Shown here piece after piece: positions 25,201-37,200 of a stretch of DNA of 57,013 nt (positions are counted from its first letter, which is position 1; every line of letters starts with the position of its first letter). The translations under genes and the position numbers were made by a program. The DNA comes from Chiloscyllium plagiosum (lineage: Eukaryota), in assembly GCF_004010195.1 (NCBI RefSeq), contig NC_057719.1, positions 504,389 to 561,401 of the forward strand. The letters are read 5' to 3'. Below the pieces are notes generated by a model. It was not told the DNA's origin. It did no database searches and saw only the letters and a program-made list of their open reading frames with translations.

Positions 25201-28200
25201 ATGGCATCAGCTGCCAGAGGAAGTCATGGAGGCTGGTGCAATTGCAACATTTAAGAGGCATTTGGATGGGTGTATGAATAGGAAGGGTTTGGAGGGATAT
25301 GGGCCGGGTGCTGGCAAGTGGGACTAGATTGGGTTGGGATATCTGATCAGCATGGACGGATTGGACAGAAGGGTCTGTTTCCATGCTGTACATCTCTATG
25401 ATTCTATGACATGCTTTGGACATGCTGAGGTTATCCAAGGCGCCATAACAATGCAAGTTATTTCTGTCCAGTGAATAATCAGTTGGCTCTATGTTTGAGG
25501 TGATTGGTGGTAAAGGCGTGAACCTGAATTGCTGAGCCGCGCTATTCGGTCCACACAGGGTCCGACATCGGCACACCGGCCGCAATTGTCTCACCTCCCA
25601 GTTTCGGCAGAGCTCTGCCCGCATTTCCTCAACAATCTGCTTCTTCTGAGGGGTTAACACCATTGTGATTTTATCTGTTGCTTCAAGAAAATGTTCAATG
25701 ATTCCAGAATCAAAGCTCCTGATTGTTTCCTGTGAGGAACACAATATTAATCAGTCTCTGTTTACTGCCATTACATTGCCATAGCTTTTCAAGGGAGAAA
25801 GTTCTAGATTGTCACTGCCCTTCCTGTGAAGAAATGCTTCCTGATGTCGCCCCTAAACAGCCTGTCTCCATATTGACGGTTCAGTATCCTTGCTCCAGAC
25901 TCCCTCTCACCCGAGGCAATACCTTCTCTTGGTCAGCCCAGTCAACTCCTTCAATTGTAGAGTCTATAGGAACATCTTTTGGCCTGAAATTATTCAATCA
26001 GACTGCCTCTTAATCTTCTATATGTGAGGAAATACAATAAATGAATCCTCTGCTCCCTATTTAAACCCCTTAGTTCCAGAATTTCCAGCACCAATATTTC
26101 TCCTCTGTGGTTGTATGGAGTCGGAACAGAAGGTGCCCAACCTGTGACCCAGCCCATGGCCAATGGAGACCTGCAGGTGAGTGGCTACCTGGTGCTTCAC
26201 AATGAGTTCCTCTGGGGACCCTCTGTCCTCGAGGAACTGCATGGCCCCTCCAATGCAAGCTTCTATCCTTCTCTTCGATTCTTCAAAGTCCCGTTTGACA
26301 TCAACTTCTGACACCGTGCGCTCACTCACCTGGGCTGGCTCGGCACACGGCACGTCACTGCCCACCTAGGCCAGAGAGACGGAGGGTTAGGCACTGCTTC
26401 TCTCATTAACACACACACACACACACACACAGACACACACACACAGACACACACACACACACACTCTCTTTCTCTATCTCTCTCTCTCTCTCTCTCTCCA
26501 GGATCTACAATTTCAGAGGGATGTTAGTGTCTTAAAACAAAGGTCAAGAGGACGTTTCATCAAAGTGATCTGAATCATGAGAGGCCGTGATTAAGTAAAT
26601 GTGGAGAAACACTTCCCAGTGGCAAACGATGGGTAACTGTTGAACATGTTCAAGGAAGATTTATTTTTTCATGTTTTAAGGCATCAAGGATACAGAGAGA
26701 AAGCAGGAGGATGGCATTGGGATAGAATATCAGCCGTGAAGGGCCTACTCTTGCTCATTATTCTGATGTAGCCAGAAGGCACAGATTTAAAGTGACTGGC
26801 CAAAGAACTAGGGGTGAGATGGAATAAAAACTGTGAGTTCTTATGAATTGGAACATACAGGTGGTGGGAGCAGGTTAAATATGAGCTTCAAATAGGAGTT
26901 TAATTTGTTTGTAAAAAGGAATCACAATTCTAAGGAGAAAGAAAAGTAAATGAGTGGATTGACACCTCTTTCAGTATGATCGACTAAACCTCCTCGTGAA
27001 TCAGATTTAAAAGCTATTTGCTTCCATCGTCAAACTGGAATGTGCTGCCTGAGGGACGCAGTCCTCATGAATGCTGGAGACACTCAGACTGAAGACCAGC
27101 CAGAGAGAGAGTCCCTTATGTTACTGCTAGACTAGGTGTCTCGAATACTGCTGATTCAGCCACTGGATTACCAGTGCCAGCCTCTGGATTCCCTCTACCA
27201 CGTTGTGGATTGCCGGGTCAGGAACAATGTTTCAAAGAACAGTCACATTGAACTCAAAATATTAACTCTGCTTCTCGCTCCACAGATGTTGCAAGACCTG
27301 ATGAGTTTCATCAACATTTTCCTGGACCAACTCTGGATTTCTGGAGCAGTCATAGAGTCATGGAGATGTACAGCACGGAAACAGACCCTTCAGTCCAACC
27401 TGTCCATGCCAACCAGATATCCCAATCTAATCTAGTCCCATTTGCCAGCACCCAGCCCATATCCTTCCAAACCTTTCCTATTCATATATCCATCCAGATG
27501 CCTTTTAAATGTTGTAATTGTACCAGCCTCCACCACTTCCTCTGGAGCTCATTCCATTCACGTACCACCTTCTGTGTGAAAAAGTTGTCCCTTAGGTCCC
27601 TTTTATATCTTCCCCTCTCACTCTGAACCTATGCCCTCTAGTTCTGGACTCCCCCACCCCAAGTAAAATACCTTATCTATTTACCCTATCCATGCCCCTC
27701 ATGATTTTATAAACCTCTATAAGGTCACCCACTATCCCATCTACCTGCGATTCCACTTTCAAGGAGCTATGAATCTGCACTCCAAGGTCTCTTTGTTCAG
27801 CAACACTCCCTAGTTCCTTACCATTAAGTATATAAGTCCTGCTCTGATTTGCTTTTCCAAAATACAGTACCTCACGTTTATGTAAATTAAACTCCATCTG
27901 CCACTCCACAGTCCTTTGGCGCATCTGTTGTACTTTGAGGTAACCTTCTTCACTGTCCGCTACACCTCCAATTTTGGTGTCATTTGCAAACGTACTAACT
28001 ATACCTCCTATGTTCAAATCCAAATCATTTATAAAAATGAAAAGTAGCATTCCACTGGTCCCAAGCCTCCAGTCTAAAAAGCTACCCTCCACCACCACCC
28101 TCTATCTCCTACCATCGAGCCAGTTCTTTATCCAAATGGTTAGTACCCCCTGTTTTACCTGCAGTCTATGAGACTGGACAGAGGAAACCATAAAAAAGAC

Positions 28201-31200
28201 CTAGAATGATCAAAGAGACAATTGAAAATTTTTGTAAAGATACTGATATCTGAAAATCATCACAGAGTCAATAGGAAAAATTGATTATCTGGTTACCAAA
28301 CATGGAGACTCTGTCTGCTTCTTTGTGTCCTCGGCTGCTGCGTGTTCCTTAGAATAGTGCAGGAACTGTGAGATGTACGTTATTATTGACTTCTCATCAG
28401 GATTGCTGACAGCAATATCTGAGGAAAGAAAACCACTGCATCAAAGTGATAATAACATAAACCCCTAAACCCTTCATTATATAAACCCAATACCTTCACT
28501 GTGTAACCCCACAATCCTTTCTTTATACCAACCCAAATATCTTCACATACAAAAGCCCAAACCCTTCATCACATAACCCCCAAACCCTTTGTGATATAAA
28601 CCCCCAAATGCTTCATTACATAAACCCAAAATCCCTTCCTTATATAATCTCCCAGGTTCTTCATTATATAAATCTCCAATCCCTTAATATGTGAACAGTC
28701 AACCCCTTGATTATATAAACCCGAGTCACTTCATTATATAAACCTCCAGATCTGGATCAGATAAAGGAAAGAAACACGTGATTATATAAAACCCTAAACC
28801 CTCACCCAAATCGCTCATGGTGAAATCCTCCAAACCTAACAATTTATAAACATAATAAGCTTCAATTATATAAATAATTGATCAGATAAACTCCTGCACC
28901 TCTGAATTACATAACCGTCAAACCTGTCAATTACCTTTCTGTGTATAACTCGCTCCTGGATATCTGTTATTCTACATATAACCCTCCAAAACCCCCAATT
29001 AAATTCCAGTCTTGGCTTTCTATTATTTCACCTGTAAACTGCCCAAACCTAACTACTTTCCTCTCTTCCAATCTTTCTTCCTTCTTTCCCTCCTTGCCTC
29101 ACAGACGTTGGCCCTGACTCCTCTGTCTGACCCAGTTCTCACCCTGTGCTTCCAGCAGTCTGGGGATTTTCAGCTCCTGCTCTGCAACCTTGAAAACCAT
29201 TTCCAGGTTCTCCGTGTCTGACCTCTGCTTGAGCTCCGCCAGGTCCAGTAGGCCGGGTCGGAGAGCATTGATAATGGCAACAAAAGCCAGGCCATTTCTC
29301 CAACTGGTGCTGAAATCTCGGATAACGAATCCCAGGTCCCTGAAAGAGAGTATCTGTCATTTTTGTATCATGCATATCATATATTTGAAAGGGAGGATGT
29401 TCCTGATGGTGGATGTGTCCAGACCCAGGGGTCCCAGTCTGAGGATTTGGAGTGAGCCAATTAGGACAGAGATAAGGAGACATTTTTTCACCCAAAGAGC
29501 CTATGGTGAGCCTATGGAAGTCATTACCACAGGAAGTAGTTGATGTCAAAACATTGAATATATTCAAGCGGTGGCTAGATATAGCACTTGGGGTGAATGG
29601 GACCAAAGGTTATGGGGAGAAAGCAGCATTAGGCTATTGAGTTGGATGATCAGCCATGATGGTGATGAACGGTGAAGCAGACTCAAAGGGCTGAATAGCC
29701 TCCTCCTGATTCTATCTCCTATGTTTCGGTGTTTTTATATTCACAGAGCTGGGGAGGAACAGGTTTGGGGATTGGGAACTAAGTCGATAGCTCTTTCAAA
29801 GACTCAGCACCAGTATGAGGGGGCGAATGGCCTTCCTCCATATTACTGTAACTCCATGTGGGAATTGAACAATGATCCTTAACCATGAGCTCCTTACTCT
29901 GTCTTTTCCTGAACCCACTGCAGTAAAGTTGTTTCTGCTGACTTTTTCCGTCCTGCATGGATCAGTGTTTCCTCTCTCTGTGGAGATAATGCTGCTGGTG
30001 AGGAATTCAAAGCAGGTGAAGGCTCCATGGGGGTCTGTCTCAATGTGAGTCCACTGGCAAGTTTCTCAACCTGTTCAGAAAGATAACAAAATCAGGAGAG
30101 TCCTGGAAAGAGTAGATAGAGAAACTGTTCCAAATGGCAGAAGGATCAAGAATCAAAAGACACCAATTGACAGACACTGGGAAAAGAACTAAAGGTGACA
30201 TTGCTATAAATTCAGCCAATGGTATTATTGAAAGTCAGATTCCAGGCAGAGAGCTGGATTGACGATGCTGTGACTTTCAGAGGTGTGTTTTGCCCTGGTT
30301 TCTTTTAGAGAGAGATTGGGAGACAGGCGACAAGCAGTCAATGAGAAGATAAACAACTTGCGAAGCCTTGGATGTTTTTTAAAACTGGAACAATAGAAAC
30401 AGCCTGAATGGGTGTGGTCAAGCTCCCAGAGAACCCAGGGATTTTACGTTTAGCTTCGGCAGCTGTTATTGGGTCTCAGCAGGGTTGGAAGGCAATGAAT
30501 CTGTCTCAGCTGTTACATTCTCTCTCTAAGAATTGTCTTTTGATGTTCTTTCCTCCTGGATTGGAGAATGGCATGTGACATAATTTGCTTTCTGAATTTA
30601 CTTTTTTCCAAGGGTGTGTTTATGGGATGTTACTATATTGAATCAGTTATTGTTCAGTAGTAAAAATAACCTATTATTCTGTTAATTTTTCCAGTAGAGT
30701 TAAGTTATTCCAAGCTCTTCTTTCTTTTGTTAAATTTTTACTATGGTGTTTGAATAAATTGTATTTTGTTTAATGTCAAGTAGTTTTTCACCAATCAAAT
30801 CGCATCTGGAACAGAGCACCTCACATTTACCTTTAAGATAAGAAAAGATTCGGGTCTAGTTTACTTTCTTAATATATTTTGAGGGACTCTGATCTGGTCC
30901 ATGATGTTACAACATGGGGTAAGCCCTTCTGCTAATTAAACCAAGCATAGAGAAAAGCTCACCTCGCCTCTTAACCTATTAAAGTATGAGTGACAGAGAA
31001 CTACCCCAAATTTCACTAGTTAAACAAAAAAAATTTTATTCTTTAACTCCAAGAATGAACATTAAATAACTATTCACAACCCTAATCCTCCTTACTCTTT
31101 ACAAAATGTTATCTACCTCCCACTCTATGACAATGCACTGATCGGATAAAGTCCCTATTAAATTTACAAGAAATCAATTTTCAAAACCAGCCAGCAGTGT

Positions 31201-34200
31201 CGTTCCTCCACTGTAGATCTCCCTGGATCACCTTTGGTTTTCTGCTGCACAGATTTTTCATGTATTACAAAAGGTACCTATTAGAGAGACTGTTTTGAAT
31301 AGCAGTCATTCGATGGCAGAAGCTACTCTTTTTTTGGCTAACTGCCCAAAATGCCTGCTTTTATACCCCAAAACATCGGATCATCTCATTGGTTTGATGT
31401 TGCCAAAACAGTAAAATTCAAATTTGACTGGGTTTTTGTATCTTGGGGCATAATCTAAACTAAGAGAAAGTGAGGACTGCAGATGCTGGAGATCAGCTCA
31501 TTCCTGATGAAGGCCTCTTGCCCAAAATGTCTCTTCTCCTGCTCCTCAGATGCTGCCTGACCTGCTGTGCTTTACTAGCACCACACTCTCAGCTCGCATA
31601 ATTTAAACTGATTGGCTAAATTTACATTGTTGTGAAAACAACTCAGTATCTGAGTTACAGTTTAAATATTACATCTTCAAATTGTCAAATACACTTTGCG
31701 CTGCAGTCAGTCACATGACAGGTGCTTGCCAGCTTTTCACCTTTCACTCTCTCTTAAAGGTGAAAATGTGTTGCTGGAAAGGCGCAGCAGGTCAGGCAGC
31801 ATCCAGGGAACAGGAGAATCGACGTTTCGGGCATAAGCCCTTCTTCAGGAAACTCTCTCTTAAAGGTACAGTATATGCCTCCAACTTCATAACAATAACA
31901 ACAGACTATAAGTTTTATTTTTGCAATTTGGTTACTGTGGTGGTCAGTCACTGAACAGTTTCACATGAGGTTACAAATGTACTTTAAACAAAAGAACATC
32001 AAAGTTTACTACACAAAAATGTTTCAAAAATTCAAAGCTATAAAACACAGTTGGGAAAAGGATAATCATAAGCATCAAAAATAAAGACTCAGCCCATTTT
32101 CCAAGTAATATCCTTTATAAGCATTCAACCCAAGTGAAATATCACTTCAACTTTCACTCCTTATTTTCCGACTCAACTGATGAGGTTGCAAACACTTATT
32201 TCAGGTGATTTTCTGAATATTCCCAGATGTGATTCTCTCCATCTCCCCGAAGCTGAACTAAGGGCTGGAGCTAAAGCTTTCTTTTCAGCTCTGATGGTTT
32301 GCCTGGAGACAGTCTGACAGGTTTGGATCTTTACTTCTGAACTTCAGCCTACTTCCAGCTAATAGAACATGCTACTAGTTATGTCTCTAGCTCTCTTACG
32401 GGACTCTCTTGTGATACAGTGGTAATGTCCCCACCCCTGGACTAAGAGACCCAGAGTCAAGTCCCACCTGCTCCAGAGGTGTGTAATAACATTAATGATC
32501 AGGTTTATTAGAAATTATCTTCCTGGGGGGTGTTGACCTCTGGACAGAGAGCTAGGAAGGCTGGAAACAGGATGTTGCAGACAGCTGGCCTGACACAGCA
32601 GGGTGAATGGCCTCCTTCTGAACTGTAATCATTCTATAGTACACAGCGGGCTCCAGCATATAGTCTACAACCTCCACTAGGAACCACACAACAATTGGCT
32701 TTACCCCACATAAACAAACACCTTTAACCATTCTGTACAGAGTCACACAGTTTTTACAGCATCTAAAGAGGCTCTTTGGCCCATTGTGTCCATGCTGGTC
32801 CATGCTAATCCCGCTTTCCTGCTCTTGGTCTGTTGCTTTTTCGTGGCATGGTGTTCCAAATGCTCATGTAAATAGTTCTTCAGTATCTTGAGGATTCCTG
32901 CCTCTACCACCCTTTCAGACAGTGAGTTCCAGGTACCCATAAGCCCTTAGCTGATTTTCTATCTTCAAATCCCTACCATTTCACAAATAATTAGCTGTTC
33001 CCCTGCCCCTCGCCCTCTGGCGTCCCTCCTGTGGCCAGAGAGGGCTTGAAACTTAATGTCACAGCTCCTGCAATCCCACTGCAACCTTGGGTACATTTCA
33101 ATCGGGCCACCTGCATTTATCTATTTTCAAGCCAGTTAATAAAAACTGCTAATACTCTCCATGTACAGGAGGGGTTCACTCTGAGCTGTGAGAAACAACA
33201 TCCCCATTGCAACAAAACCAATGGTAATCCCACCCCCAAACCCAGCGCGTCTCAGTTTCACATTGGGGTAAGGCTATAGCTCACATGTGTGGTTACTGAA
33301 ATGGGAATCTACTGGAATGGGATTTTGGAGTATCCGGTTTCAGGGAGCCGGAGTGTGGAGAATAGTGTAGGGCATTTCTCAGTGCTGGGTGCTCCTTTGG
33401 CAGAGATAACGGTGCAGGTGTAGGAACTGAATCCTTTAAAATGACTCTCTGGCTAAGATTAGCTAGATATTAGTGAAATCAGGTGAGAGTAGTGTTAGAA
33501 TTTCGGAGCTTACGTCCATAGTCACCTAATATAATCAGTCTACCAATCGTAAGGAATTTTCAGGTATCTGAAAGTTTGTTGAGAAGCAGCCATTTAGATA
33601 TGATACATGAGGGAATCCAACAAATAAACATGTAACCCTTGACAGCATGGAGTGCTAACATGTGTGGATCTCATTAAAGTTGTAAAGGCAACATTCTGCT
33701 CTCTCATGGAAATGTCGGGGAACTCTTCCCTGGGTCTTCCCTCCACCTCTGCTGGTCCTCCTTCCAGCTGAAGAAGAACAGCTTCCTGAAGAAGAGTGAC
33801 CATTATAAGGACCGCTTGACAAGGAATGCTTACAGTACAACGACTCTCTGAGTGACATCGGTGAACCAGGTGGGCTTTTAACAATAACCAATTAGATCTT
33901 TGCAACCATCATCACTTTATTGAATATTCCAGATTTATAAATTGAATTTAAATCAGCTATCCCAATGGGATTTGAACCCACATCCTAAGAGCATTAATCA
34001 GAGTACCTGGATCATTAGCCCACTGACATTCCTACTACAGCATCATCTCTTGAGGTGGTGCCAAGAGAGAAAGACAGCCTTTACCCCAAAGAATCTAGTA
34101 AAATACACACCTGGAAATACAATATAATGGACCAAATCAGCCCCAAGATGACGGTAGGATTCCCATCCACAATGTCCAGGACATTAATGTTCACCAACTT

Positions 34201-37200
34201 TATCTGAAATATCAAAGCAAGCAGCATTACTGAATAATTCGGGTTGTAGCTCTGGCAAAAAGTGAATACCCTAGCACATCAAAAAACAGAAAATGAAATA
34301 ACTGACCGATTTACTCCTTAAAAAGTTCAGAGCAGTTGTGACGTTGCTCATCCAGTGAATGGGATTGGAATGTGCTCTATCATGTGCCTACAGGAAAACA
34401 AACCAAAAATGTGTTACGTCACATTACAATGAACAACATCTCCATCCCTCATCCTTCACCGGTCTCAGATCATCTCAGGTTTCTCATTAGACTCCCTGCT
34501 TTCAGTGTGCCTCCAAACTCCATTTCCAACTATTTCAAATATTTGTGGATAATCCCTTGAATCATGGTTCTGCCCTGGCACAGTAATGAAATAGATTTCA
34601 TTAAAATTAATCTCACTATACATTAAAAGTGAAATCCTGTGTGTGCATGTGAGAAAGGTAAAGTCTCCCTCCCTGCCCACCTTGAGCTCTCTGAAGCCAC
34701 TGACTAATACATCTTTCTCCAACACCTCTCCAACAATTCACAGGAAACACCAGGCTCACTGAGGTCACGAGGTTCCAACAAGCTAACACCAAGGAACCAC
34801 GTGGCACCATGTGGACCATCTTATCAACACAGTGGTTAGAAAAGGAGAAGGTTTTAGCTCAGAAAACATGACAATTTAACCTGTTTCCACATTGTAGGGA
34901 TTCTAAGGATTCAGCTGAAGGTGGATGAGGGGACAATGGCCATCACAAGTTGCTGTGTCCTGTCCACTGACTGAAAGGGTGATTAATTTAGCATAAACTG
35001 TGAAACAGAACACATCAACAAGTGCTCAGGGACAGAGAGCATTCCTCATCAAGCGGTCCTTGTACTGGTCACTCTTCTTCAGGAAGTTGTCTTCTTCAGA
35101 TGGAAGATGGACCAGCAGAGGTGGAGGGAAGACCCAGGGAAGAGTTCCCCTAAATTTTACTGAGGGAGCAGAATGTTTCCTTTACAACTTTAATGAGATC
35201 CACACATGTTAGCACTCCGTGTTAACAAGGGTTACATGTTTATTTGTTGGATTCACTCATGTATCATATCTAAATGGCTGCCTCTCAACAAACTTTCAAT
35301 ACCTGAAAATTCCTTACGAATAGACTGATTATGTTAGGTGACTGTGGATGTAAACTCCCAAACTCTAACACTACTCTTATCTGATTTCACTGATATCTAT
35401 CTAATCTTAGCCAGAGAGTCACTTTAAAGGATTCTACACCTGCACCGTTATCTACGGTGTCCCCTATCTATGACCACTCCTATTTCTCAGTACATATGTA
35501 CATTAAGGACACCCCTGCCTCTCTTCATTCCTCTCTGTCTTTAAATTATCGAATGGCTTATCTGACATCCAGGACTGGAGCAGCAACAATTCCCTCAAAT
35601 TAATTATTTGAAAGGCTGAAAAATCATGATCCACTCCCTGCTCCAAACTCTTATTAGTGGTTCCAACCCTCTCCCTGGCAACAGTTGATATTAAACCAAT
35701 ATGTTCACAATCTTGGCATTACATTTAGTCCTGAGATGCACTTCTGCCCCAATACCCCCGCCATCACTAAGATCAACCGTTTCCACCTCAGTGACATCAG
35801 CCGGCTTCACCTGGGTCTTGGCCTATCTACGGCTCAAGACCTTATTCATGCCCTTTTGACCTCTCTACTCAGTCTTTCCAATGCACCACTGACAGGTCTC
35901 CCACCTTCTATCTCTCATCAACTTGAGGCAATCTAAATCGTTGCTCTCCATGTCTTAACTCACTGAGCCACGGTGCCAGGCTCAGTGCCAAAGACCTGAC
36001 AACTATGGCGTTCCCTGGTAGGCCGTCCCCACCAGCAGTATCCAAAATGGTATACTTCTTGCTGAGGGGAATTCCTGCTCTGTCTGTTGGTTCTCTTTCC
36101 TTCCCCTGACAGTAACCCAGTTGTCCTTATCCTGTGTCTGGGGAGTGACCACCTCTCTGTACCTCCTCTCAATTTACCCTTCAGCCTCCCGGATGATCCG
36201 CAGTTTATCCAGCTCCAGCTTCAGTTCCCTAACCCGGATTTCAAGGAGCTGGAGTTGGGTGCACTTCTTGCAGATGTGGTTGACAGAGACATGTGTCGTG
36301 TCTCTCACCTGCCACATTGTGCAGGAAGAACATGCAATTGCCCTAACAGAGATCATGGTACGTATTGGCACCAATGATATAGCCAAGAAAGGGACTGGGG
36401 ATCTGAAACGTGACTGCAGAGAGTTAGGTTGGAAGCTGAAGAGCAGGACGAGTAGAGTGGTGATCTCAGGTTTGCTACCGGTGCCTCGAGATAGTGAGAT
36501 GAGGAACAGTCAGCGAATGCAGCTGAACACGTGGCTGCGAGGCTGGTGCAGGAGGGAGGGCTTCAGATACCTAGACCATTGGGATACCTTCTGGGGAAGG
36601 TGGGACCTGTACATGAAGGACAGGTTGCATCTGAACTAGAGGGGCACAAATCTCCTGGGTGGGAGATGTGCTCATGTGATTCGGGAGGATTTAAACTAGT
36701 TTGGCGATGGGGGGGGGGGGAGCCAGAGCTACACATCTGAGAGGAGGGCAGTTGTAGATGGGGCAGTGACAGGATGTACTGAATCTATCGGGAAGGTTTC
36801 TCACGAGATGAAACAAAGGAATCGGTTAAAATGTGTTTGCTTTAACGCTAGGAGTGTCAGAAATAAGTGTGATGTACTTAGAGCATGGATTAGTATTTGG
36901 GGCTATGATGTTGTGGCCATAACAGAGACGTGGGTTTCACAGGGGCAGGAATGGTTGCTAGATGTTCCAGGGTTTATAACGTTTATAAAGAACAGGGAGG
37001 GTGGAAAAAAGAGGAGGGGTGTAGCATTGCTAATCAGAGAGTGCATCACAGCTACAGAAATGAGGGTTGTTGAGGAAGGTTTGTCTACTGAGTCAGTATG
37101 GGTGGAAGTTAGGAACAGCAAGGGAGCAGCCACCTTATTGGGGGTTTTCACAGACCACCTAATCGCAGTAGGGAGATCAAAGAGCTCATAGGCAGGCAGA

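Larger units (their letters stand above)
18237..27170. repeat. Intragenic tandem duplication (about 18237-22310 and about 23322-27170) carrying three exons
   Basis: Colinear exon and intron sequence, including the (CA)n tract, in both copies; they differ by independent TE insertions. Confidence 0.93.
33404..35453. repeat. About 420-bp inverted repeat pair (33404-33830 / 35038-35453) flanking two exons
   Basis: Reverse-complement match along the full arm with scattered mismatches. Confidence 0.9.

Noticed and set aside
28450..28990. CRISPR-like regular repeats
   Set aside because: Eukaryotic context; degenerate contiguous minisatellite with no unique spacers and no cas genes
30202..31720. 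Possible solo LTRs (TG...CA ends, AATAAA)
   Set aside because: No second LTR, PBS/PPT or clear TSD that I could verify
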